64,000 nt of DNA from Podarcis bocagei (taxonomy: Eukaryota): assembly GCA_964188305.1 (NCBI GenBank), contig OZ076892.1. One strand, 5' to 3'. This document shows, piece after piece, positions 25,836 to 37,400 of the stretch; position 1 is the first letter of the stretch; every line of letters starts with the position of its first letter. Below the pieces are notes generated by a model. That model saw nothing but the letters and a program-made list of their open reading frames with translations, made no database searches and was not told the origin of the DNA. A program made the translations under genes and the position numbers.

Positions 25836-26925
25836 CTGCAGCTGAGGAAGGCAAGTGCTGTTGGCCTGGGAGGCTTAGCTAAAGGTTTCTATAAAGGCAG
25901 AGGCATTTTATTTTTATATAAAAATGTGTTTCTGTGAGTATCAAATACACCCACAGGTAGCAAAAGACAGTATCTGTTTCTGAATCTGAAGGACATAGCA
26001 GTGGGAAATATAGGAGGGCAAACATCTTCCTAGTGTTTTTGAGAAATTGGAACCTGCAGGCCACAAGCTTTCATTGTGGCTTGCTTCTTAATGGGTACTC
26101 CAGGAGATGCTGTCTCTGCACAAGACATTCCATTTAGTACTTTTAAGTCCATTTAAGTTATAGTGCAGCTACTGTGGCCTTCATTAATTTTATCTAATTT
26201 ATCTTTAGCCGTATGAGCCAGTAGTGCCTGCCAATTCAATAAATGTGTTTGAAGCTCCTTTTTTGGGAATGTTTTGCATCTAAAGTGGCCTCCAACAATT
26301 ATCCTTAAGGTTGGGAAACCTAGGAAGTCACTCAATCCTTGTTCTGTATGTTTAAGGCTACCAATTTACACAGCACAGAATTTACACAACTGGGGAATCT
26401 GTGTTTCTGTAGATGCGTTTGGACAACTCCAATCATCCCTGACCATTATGGGCCAGGCCATGCCAGCTAAGACTAATGGAAGTTGGAGTCAAAGGACACC
26501 TGGAAAGCCAGTTTCCCCACCTCTTAGGACCCCCTGTACATTAAATCAGCTGGGAAGATGGCCAAGTTTACAATACCTGTGAGACCCAGTAAATATGGCA
26601 TTAGTCATCTGGGATGTCCCCCTCTCCCGAAGGACTGTGATCAGATCTAGCACTCTAGGTGCAGATGTCTGTGCTGCTGAACAAAGATTAACATGTTTCA
26701 CTTGCTTACTGTCTAGATGCTCTTCCTCATCCCTGGGAGTTTTCATGCTTCTTTGAAGTTGAAAAAATGTTCCTAAAAACATTTTCATTGTTAAGTCTAT
26801 TATCATATTTTACATTTTGAATGCCTTTGTAGAATCTTTTACTTTTTCCAACCTTCTTCCCATCCCACCTCTGGCCAGATGAGCTGCATAGATGTATAGT
26901 TTGACTAGGCTTGGAGTTTTTAAAC

Positions 26926-26938
26926 AATAAAATTTATT
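26926..26938. terminator. Adjacent opposite-strand poly(A) hexamers (AATAAA on + at 26926-26931; AATAAA on - at 26933-26938)
   Basis: Sequence acAATAAAaTTTATTtgt between the convergent SETD6 and CNOT1 stop codons. Another + strand AATAAA is at 26238-26243. Confidence 0.5.
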
Positions 26939-27484
26939 TGTATTGATAAGTGAGAAACCTGTGTTATTGCCACTTTAATGGACACTTTGAGGAGTTAGGG
27001 ATGAATGGGGTCAAATGGTGTACTGGACAGTTCTATTTACAGAGTATTCTCTCCCCCGTAAATCCTCGATGGTGACTACAGCACCAGGACTATTCATTTT
27101 TGAACCCTAATTCATGCCATCTGAAGGTAGAAGGGCCACCTCCTAGTGTACATCCTGCTCTGGCCCTTTGGTTGCTCACTTGGAGGTACCATCTCTAGGC
27201 CTGAACATGTGCACTAAGTGAAAGCTCCTAGGTTGTTGTTTTTTTAACTCCCCAGGGAATCAGCAAGAATAGGATTCTTGCTTACATTTTACTGATTCCT
27301 CAATTTTATCCTCTTAAGATAGCAGTTAAACATTGTTAATTAAAGTAGCAATATATTAGATTGATGTACTGCACCTTGATCGTATAAAAAAGAATTAGAT
27401 TTATGTTGAAAATATAAGCAGTGAAGAACATTAACACTCGTCATAGATGATGAGAAAACATGGACATGTGCTGCTTTTCATGAC

Positions 27485-27490
27485 TTTAAT
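27485..27490 (-). terminator. Probable proximal CNOT1 poly(A) signal (ATTAAA), ~1-kb 3' UTR
   Basis: TTTAAT on + strand ~970 nt beyond the CNOT1 stop, with U/G-rich flanks on the - strand. Confidence 0.5.
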
Positions 27491-28462
27491 GTTTAACTAC
27501 AGAATGCATACATACAAGAAGTGGGAGAACTAAAGCCCAAGAGAACTAGAAAGGCTACAAAATACAACACATGGACCAATACATTTACAAAACATTCAAA
27601 ATCCTTACAAAATGGGCTGTATTGGTCCTTTTTGTTCTTTTTACAAACTCAAACTTTGTGGCCACAGGGGAGCAGTTAACAGATTCACATCCTCCCCATC
27701 CCAAAATTTACAAGTGTCAAGAAAGAAAATCTACAGGCCTGGTCTCTTGTTTCCTTTGCTAAACCCACTAGCCCTCTCCCAAAGAGCCCAAAGTATATCT
27801 TTGCCAATCAAAACAAAGGAAGTCCTCTGCTCCAACGTTCGTGCCTCTTGCTGGCAGCATTTGATACTGGGAAAAGCAATATACTGGACCCTAATCCTAA
27901 CTTTCCCCCACCCAGTCCCCCATATACTGTAGGATCCTGTGCTCCAATGCATCCATTTCCCCCCTCTTTGACAACTTTGTGATTTACAGGTCTCCCACCC
28001 ACAAGAAAAATAAGTTACATAATATTTAAACTGGCTTTTCCATATTCTTTGGGAGTCTGGGAATGTCAGGAGAGCAGATCTGCCCCAGACAAAACACTTG
28101 GCATCAGCAGCCACCACTTCTATTACAGGCTGGTCAGGCACACAGTATGTGCCTCTCTTGAAACACAATTCGCACAAACCCAAAGTTCAGACAAATATTT
28201 CTGTTCTGTATATTTACAATAGTTTGAAATTATATTCACAGCATCTTCTGAATTTTGGCCAAGAGTCAAAACTTTTGTTTTTAAAACTTTGGAACATGCC
28301 CACAGAGAAGGAGATTTCTCACACAAAGATCTGTGATGTAAGCCCAACATGGGGGAGGGAGAGGCAGCCTCCAAGGTCTGGCTAGACCCACACACATTAT
28401 TCTGTCAGCTTGATGGGATGGAGATCTCCAGGCTGGCACAATTTCCAGGGTGGTTGCTTTCT

Positions 28463-31400
28463 CTAACTAGCTCCAGTTCCTTCCATTACTTGTTGTGCCT
28501 GTTTTTGCCCCATACAACATTGCGCAACAGACTGGAACAACCTACAACAAGGAGAATAAACTTAATTTCAAGACACAACTTCCTCTCCTCTGCAAGTACC
28601 AGAGTTCCTAGGACTGAGTCCCCCAAATACACTGAACAACTAACTGTTTAAAATTACTCACTTTTCAATTTCTGGAGCACAATGGACAAACTCGTGATTC
28701 CAGAACTTAAATGCTGGGTTTTTAATCAGCTCGATGAAGGTAATAAGGAGACCCCATGGGTGAGGCCTATTTACAATCAGTCGTTCTAGCAGAACTCTGT
28801 AAAAGAAAAACAGATTAAGGCATGGGGAAAGTCACACCTCGTGCCAGTATGAAAGACATGATGCAGGGATATCAAGGTCCCGCTGAGAATAGGTACCCTC
28901 ATGGGATTGCGTCTGGCAACATTAATTAGCACTATGCTGCTTTCAGAATGTGGAAGACTTTGCTTCTCAATATAATGTGAGAACGGGAAACTTGATTCTA
29001 GGCTTCACCACTGCAGACTCTGGCTGCAGATTTGTGGGGATGAATGCTCCTCCATCCAGATAAGGATCCTTGCATGGAATTATTGCAACCACCTCAACAG
29101 CTGCCTTTCAAACCATGTGAACCCTCTAATCAACACTGGAAGTCCTACTCTATATGTGGATAAGAGGGGCAAAGCTTAGAGTGTTTGTTACATTGCCAGC
29201 AGTGACTTGCTACTGCTGCAACGGGGACAAGCCACTTTCTTACTGGTTGCTGGGCAGGACAGCTTCAGATGGCAGTAGACCAACTAAGTGTTACCTCCTG
29301 AAGCTTCTCCCCAGTTCCTCATTGGCTCTTTTGTGAGAACTAGGCAATGTAGGGATTGTTTTAGAGTCCTTAGATCTCTTACCTGGTGATTTGTTCTTGA
29401 ATAGCTTCAGTGTTGGCCTCTGCAAACAGGTAAAGCATGGTGCAGCTGAAATAGTGAGTATGACTGTTTGGGTACCGTAACTGATTGGCAATTGCATTTA
29501 GGAAGAGGTACCGACCTGGAACACAAAAAAGGTAAATAGTTAGATTCTCTTAAACACAAAGGAAATCAACATCCTTGCCTGGCTAATTTGTTAGTTCCAA
29601 GAGTTATGTCCGAAAGCCGGGAAAGTTAATTAAATGGGTGCTGCCACCAGTTGACATGAATTTCCCAGGCTCACTTCTCAAAGTTTCCTAGTTTGTAATT
29701 CATTTTCATAAACCTGTTGGCTTACACAAGGGGCGGGGGCAACATTTTGCAGCCTGGAGGCCACATGCCAGGATGGGATCAGAAGCAAAAGCAACTGATT
29801 TGACATTAAGCTGCATTCCAGCTATGTAAAAGTAACCGGTTTCTACAGATACATACAACTAACTCTGTTCTCCATACAGCCAAGCGAGAGGCATCATCAC
29901 AGTTCAAGGACACATTCCAAGCTGGCAAACTCAACCAAGGAGAGTGTGGGTCATGGCCTGGGCTGGGGGTGGGGAGTGATGAGGTCTGGAGGACCACATT
30001 TGGCCCTTGGGCTAGAAGTTCCCCACCTCTTAGGTGGAACTAAATAAACCCTTTCTATATATTAGTTGTGGAATATTTTAAACATAATTTCTAAAATCTA
30101 ACAATATTTTAGGGTACAATCTGGCCAAATTAAAGCAAAGTATTATCCATGTGGGCTAAATAGTGAGATGCAGGATTGATTCTGTCATAGAACGCCAATA
30201 CCTGAAATTATCAGCTAGCCTCTGAAGTCCAGTATCAATTGTAAGGCTAGCACATTATCAATTATAAAGTATTTATGTCTGACCTCACCAGGTTGATTTC
30301 CCAGGCTCTTTTTCCCCCATAGCCAAAGACCTAGAGATAAACCTCTTGCATCTGATTTAACATTAGGCTAGCTGATTTGAAGTACTATCAAGCTTCCTTT
30401 TTTACCTTCTGTGTCCAGGTCAACAGCAAGATTCTGGAAGATATCCATGTGAGCCGAGTGGGTGATGGTGCTCATGGAAGGAGTGCTGCCTTTGTTGTGA
30501 ATATGTGCAATAGCTTGAGTACCTACATACAGCACCAGGGCATTTATCAGCTGGATATTGTAGCGATTGCCAGGCTCATTTGATACCTAGTGGGGTGAAC
30601 ATAAAAGAGGCAAAGTCACTGCCTTGGACCTCCAAGACAAAGAGCCATGAAGAAAATATATTACAGTGGTGCCTCGCAAGACGAATGCCTCGCAAGACGA
30701 AAAACTCGCTAGACGAAAGGGTTTCACGTTTGAGTCGTTTCACAAGACGAATTTCCCTATGGGTTTGCTTCGCAAGACGAAATGTCTTGCGAGTTCTTGC
30801 GAGTTTGTTTCCTTTTTCTTAAAGCCGCTAAGCCGTTAATAGCCACTAAGCCGTTAATAGCCGCTAAGCCGCTAATAGCCGTGCTTCGCAAAACGAAAAA
30901 AACCGCAAGACGAAGAGACTCGCGGAACGGATTAATTTCGTCTTGCGAGGCACCACTGTATGCGATTGCGAATGTTTAAACTGCAGAGTATAACTCACTA
31001 AAAGGTCTGCCAAAGCCATTAGCTTTAACAGCAGGCAGGCTTCTCTTACCTCCTCTATCACTGCTGCTGCACAATCCATCCCCAACTAGGTACTAGTTTT
31101 TAAAAGATACATGCATTACAATATAGTAAAAAATTGCTAAACACAGACCCACAGCTCCATCAGGATGCATTATCTGGGCCAGGTAAAACTGATCTTTTCC
31201 TAATTTATGTCTCTTTAAGCGGGGTTGATGTATGACACAATCTGCAGTGGGATCAGGGCTGAACTGAGATCTTTCCTCTCTGATGACTAAACTATGCATC
31301 TGGCAAGCACCAGATCTATGATTTTTACTGTTGGTCCACCACTGTAAGCCTCAATCTGATAGTTATTTTTAAGGGACTCCATGTAAAACTCTGCAAATTC

Positions 31401-34400
31401 AAGAAGATCCGTTTTAAGCCTATTGGATCTCATTTTTACCCAAATATCCCCCCACAAAAAAGTAAAGAAAATCTTTGTTTGGGGAGGAGTAAAGAAATGA
31501 CACACTCAAAATTCCAGAACTGCCCACAGCCCCAAATAAGGTTGATGAGCCCTGCTTTAGACAGAGGACCTAAAAGCCTGTTTTGGAGCAAAAGACACAG
31601 CAGACACAGGACTGCATGCTAACCTCCACTCCCAGACCTCTTCCTCAATCTGATTTTTGAGTAAGCCCCTCACCTGCAAGTTGCTACGCAAGTCGGACAG
31701 GAACGTGACTGGAGAACGGGTTTTGAGGTAGGAATCCAAATCCTTTTTGAACTGAGGTGGCATCACTCCAGTGAAATTGGTGAGTATCCGTGGAGCAATA
31801 TTAATCTCACTCAACATGTCCACCTGTCGAGCACAAAGAAGCATCCTAACGTTATTTTCTACCATTCAGCTGTTACCCATCTGAAGTCCACAGGGAAGGC
31901 TGAGTATTACTCTTGTATCACCACCACCATGATCTTAAATGTGACAGCTGCTTTATCTTGCCCAATGCAAACCAAAGCGACTTACAACCAACCAACCAAC
32001 CAACCAACAAAACCACCCCACATCAATATATTAAATATATTAAAACCAGTGGGGAGGACAGACATTGAAAACATCCTGCCCAATTCTAAAAGGCCACAGA
32101 TAGTTAAAGGCCAAAAGGCTTGTTACAGAGGAAAGGTTTTGCTTGGTGTTTAAATACATGTTATGATGGTGCCAGGCGAGCTTCCTTGGAGAGGCATCCC
32201 ATAAGCAGAAAGGCACCACAGAAAAGGCCCCTTCTCCTGTTAACACCCTCTGGATCTCTCATAGTGGTGGCACACAAAGGAGGGACTCAGGTATAGATGT
32301 AGCATAAGCAAACTGATATGCTGGAACAGATGCCAAAGTTCAAGTGCATCTTTACTACTAAGCAACGACTGCCGTGTATGTTCCAGGACAGAATGCTCTT
32401 TTCAAGACCAGGAGTTCACAATGACATTCCCCACCTGGGGCGGTTCAGTGTTATAAACAGCTTCCCTAAGGCTGGGGGTAGCTAATGGGGTGCCCTTCAG
32501 ATGTTGATGGACTACAACTCCTGTCATCTTTAAGCACTAGCCTTCTAGTTGGGGCCAACAGGAGTTGGAGTCCAACATCAGGAGGGCATTATATTGGCTA
32601 CCCTGTTTCATCAGCTGACCCACTAGGATCTTACTGACATTGTTGTTTATGCAAAAGCATCAACACCATTGCACAATCTCAGGTGCTTCAACACATGAGG
32701 TCTCATACAAATCAGGCCTTGTACATTACCTTAAGGTTGGGAGTGAAGGGATCTGGAAGCCTCATATTACGTGGGAAGGCACTCAATATCAGATTCCTTA
32801 GCTGAATACAGTTTGGAGGAATCACATCGCAGAAACCATAGTGGTAGTCACAGAGGAATTCTGGGAAGTCATGTAACAGGACCAACAACACACGCAGAGT
32901 ACCCTACAAAAAAAACGGGGGGAAAGAGAACTAAGTATCTATGCTAAATCTATGCAAAACATCTCAGCCAACACTATTATCAGAGCTTTCCAAATGTTTC
33001 ATGTTGGTGACACACTTTTTACACACGCAGGTCAATTTCCTCATCCACAATCCCATGGAAAAGGGCTGTATGATTTGAACTTTACTGTGAAGCTACAATT
33101 GTGCTGGGAAAATAATCCAGACCATCACTGAATTGTAACAAATTCTCTTATGCTCTATTCTAAATTCTACTTACCTTGTACAGAATTTGCATAGGTTTGG
33201 CAAGTTCCACATTCCTCAGGAAAGGAGCCAAATATTTAAACAGATCTATCAACAGCTGAGCATACATAGGCCACCCCTGGAAAGAGAATTTACATGATAA
33301 GAGTTATGTGATATTTGCTAATATATTTACTATAATGTCTGAACTGGATCCCACTTAACATTGCTGGTAGAACTAACAACTTGCATGTTACAAAGCAGTA
33401 TACTACATTATTCTTTAATCTGTCAGGGCTACCTGAAATATGAAATCCATAGTGAAACCAGCCACTTATGTACAATAAGGGGCACTGTAGGGGTTGAATT
33501 CTGGACTTAAGGGAAATGGAAGAATGAGTGAGATTTACTGGAAAGACTTGGTCACATCTGCCCCAATACAGTGCAGCTGTGGACTCTCAGAAGTTTGATA
33601 CAACCTACAAGGCTGCAAATGGTTCCTTGCAAGTTATTTCAAACTTCTGTTTAACATCTATGACTGCTGGAGTAAACTGATTTAAATATTCATTTTAAAT
33701 AGAAAATAATTTTAACCTCTCTTTCTCTTACACTGCACAATCCTCCTCCCTTGCCCCTGCCTAGAAACAAAATAGGGAACTTGTCCATTGCAGCTCATGT
33801 ACCTCTGCACCACTGTCTTTGTCTGCTCAGAGACAACTAAAGGGCCAAGCATTTTCAGAAGCAAGGGCTGGTAATTAATAGGCAGAACAGTTTATTTTCA
33901 GAAGATTAAAAAGTACTGTCCTTTTTTTAACAGAGAGGAAGGGTATTCTTAAATTGAGAACTGAGATAATCCCACAATTCAGATAAAAAGTACATAAAAT
34001 ATGCACTTTAGTCAAGGTCACACAGGTAGAACTAGTGGAAGGAAGGCCCTCCTAGCAATAATACTGGATCACATCCTACTGAGACAAGCACTGGATCCCA
34101 GTACATGCCATGATATGTCGAGCCTCACTCACCACCACCAACACCACCACTGCAGCCACACTACCAAGCTCATAACAATTGTAGCATATAACCATATTTC
34201 TCCTACTTCCTTCTCCCACGCAGCTGGGAGGCTGGCAGGGTATAGTTTTCACTTTTACAAAACTTAAAGAGTTATGTGTGAAATAGGAATCTAGGTTTAA
34301 AACACTGCTAAGTTTCAAAACAAATCAACTTCAAGCCACAGGTTATAAAGTTGGCCTGTTTAATTAACCATGGTTTGCTTTAAAGCACACTCCTGGATCT

Positions 34401-37400
34401 AGTGTTCCATGCAAAGGCAGCCAGTGTATTTGACTTAAGGATGATTCAGTATTTAAGGGTTAAACGTGAACATTCTTGTATTCAGACTGAATTTTACCAG
34501 GCTGGGTTTTTTAAGGGATGAGGATTAAAATCCCATTTTTAATCCGTCCTGCTGAGGTTTCTGGACCTCTTCAGGTAATCAACTCTTACCAGCTACGTTG
34601 TGGGAATATGGTAAAGACCTTAAAAGCAGACATCAGAAATTTAAATGGCATAAAGTCATTCTAGTTAAACAAAACCTGCAAACCAAGATGCATCCTTATT
34701 CCCTTTGGAAGCTTCGTAAGTTACAGAAGATAAACTGCAGCCACACCTTCTGCTGTGGTGTATGTGCCAGCATTCTTGCAATAAATATCCGATGGGAGAT
34801 CAATTCTAGCCAAGCATAAACAAAACCTGGAGCTTTTGTAGGTCTCAGGATGTGAAATGTGTTACTGAAATAAAAACATACAACACAAGCTTTGTGTGAG
34901 ATTTGTTTAAAGCACTGCCAAGAATCTGCATTGAACTAAGACCATCCTTGAAGTCTAAATCAGGCAGAGGTGGTTAAACGATTTAAGGACCAAGAGCCAG
35001 CATTCACTCTTGGCTAACCCTACAGAGCCAAATGCCAGCAGCAGTGGGTGTTTGTGAACCTCCAGCTGACTCATGCAGATCAGATGAAAAGGGCAGGTTA
35101 TCAGCTCCTTCCTGCACATCAAATGTTCAAGCTGATGATCGGGGAGGATGTGATTTGTTCTATGGCACTATACTAGGAGATTTAAATCTCCTTGCCCACC
35201 CCCAGGGTTGCATCTGCCTTGAAGGCAGAATTCCCAGTGGCCTATGGGTAGTCGTAATGCCCTTCTGTAAAGCCCCTCTGTCTCCTGCTCTGAAGGGCCC
35301 AACAATTCCAAAGCCATCAAACTACAACTTATTCCTTCCATTGCATTTTATGCCAAAAATCTGTGGATTTTATAAAACTGTACAAGTTTGCCATTTACTT
35401 TAAAAGTGCATCAAACATTTCTCTGAGGAATGATGGTGGCCCCAAACCATTCAAATGCAGTAAAAGATGCATAATTAAGATCCAAGACAATAATGTATCA
35501 TATAGGAATCACAGTTTTAATAAACAGATCCACTAAAGTAAAGGAGCGTTTTAGTTGCCATAAATTCCCATAGGTGCCCAGAGGGCAGTCTTTACAACTA
35601 GAATAGCACCATCTCCTGAGGGATCAATGTCCCAACTTGACCAGAGATTGAGTCTGGCTAAAGCTCTAGAATGTTCTAAATCCAGCTCCACAGCTACAGA
35701 TCCCAATGTGGGACTGCACAGAGATTAAGACAGAGCAGTATAAAAACCCTTCCCTCACACCAAGAGGCTGAGAAGCATTGGTTCCATACACTATAGAACA
35801 GTCCGCGTACGGAAAGAATCCCACATATGCCCACAAATTTTCTTAATGTGCAATTATTCCAGTAACCAAAATAGACTCCAAGTCTATCAACATATTTAAA
35901 ATTACACAAAATTAGTGTTAACTAAAGTGAACTGGTGTAGACTCAATGCAAATCACAGAACTGTAGAGTTTGAAAAGAACCAAAGTGTCCTCTAGTCAAT
36001 TAAATGATACCTACCAGAAGGCTGTGAGTGTCTGAAAGTTTATGGTTTCCAGGACATGCTCAGGAGCATTTAATTCTAACAGCAACATGATGAAAATGCG
36101 GTGGTAGGGAAGCTGCTGGAATTCACTTTGACGAACATCATGATCCTGCAAAAGGACTCCCACAACTATCCCAAGAACCTAGAGGTGAAAAGGCAAGGCG
36201 CCCAGAATGCAACTTTTATGTATGCTTATAATTACTGCAATGCCAACTGGAATTCATGCACATACTCAGTATTTTTTGAAGACAATACAACAAACTGGCG
36301 ATCTTGACTGCAATTTTACAATAATGTTTTCTGCCCTTTCACATGTAAGTGAACAAGAAATATGCACATCTCAAACCCTTATTCAGATTTATGTAATGCT
36401 TTTCCTAAGTGCTCCAAGTACATCCTGCATAGTACACTGACATTCTTTACAATGTAGCTAAGGATCCCTTTTACAGAGGAGGCAATCGCCTGCCAAACAC
36501 CATCCATAGATGGATCACGATTTTAAAACATGGAACTCCTAGTCTGTGTTAGTAAAAAAACATGCTGCACCAGTTCCCATTCATTTAATAAGGAAACCTT
36601 TGCCAACCTGGCCCCATGGACTACAACTCCCACCAGCCTCAGTCATCACAATTCTAAAGTATACTACCCATTCTCACAACCAGCTAAACTCAAGCTAGAT
36701 GGGTACTGGGGGCAGGGAAGGGTGCTCCCAACCTTGTTGAGCAAGTTGATCTTGGTGACTGTGTTGGTGGCCTCCCCAGAGTGCTTCACCAGCAGTGCAA
36801 TGAGGCGCACAAAGGCATCCAGGTTGTGGTAACACTTGGCACGGATCATGGTGGGATTGGCAGCCGGGTTGTGCTGCTGCTCAGCTTGAGCACGATAGCT
36901 GATCTCAACACACATTTCAGTGCAAAGACGGAAGAATCGCGTGATCAAATCATCAGTTTTCAGGATTCCTTGCTGATGCATCTGTAATGGGGGAAAGGTA
37001 GACTCAGACCTAAAGAACTCCTCTTTTTTCTAAAATCAAGCTAGTAATGTTCTATCTAGACATGCTGGAAAGCAAGTGGGCTAGACTGTAACACTGCAGT
37101 TTGGCATCAAGAAAAGGCTGGTGATGCTTCTTAGGGTCAATTCCTACATTACCAACCATAAGCAGCATAAGATCATTTCTATGTAATCAGGTCCCACACC
37201 ACACTGGTAATGTCTACATCCAGAAACCAGGTGGAAAAGGAAACTATGCTGGCAAGGAAGTAAACGCGACACCCATGTTGCCTCTGTATGTAGGCGTTAC
37301 TGATGCTGCATGCTATATGCAGAAAGGGACATTTCTTACTGTGAATTCCTGTTCTGCTTCTCCTGGAGGGCATTCCCAACCAGTGGGATAGCACCTCCGC

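Noticed and set aside
19975-30010. Similar short ORFs ([13 protein letters not shown] at ~20110; [13 protein letters not shown] at ~29900, opposite strand)
   Set aside because: Two copies of a dispersed non-coding repeat, not paralogous peptides.
30823-30880. Short tandem units resembling a CRISPR-like array
   Set aside because: No spacers, eukaryotic context, and they lie inside a Tigger-like MITE.
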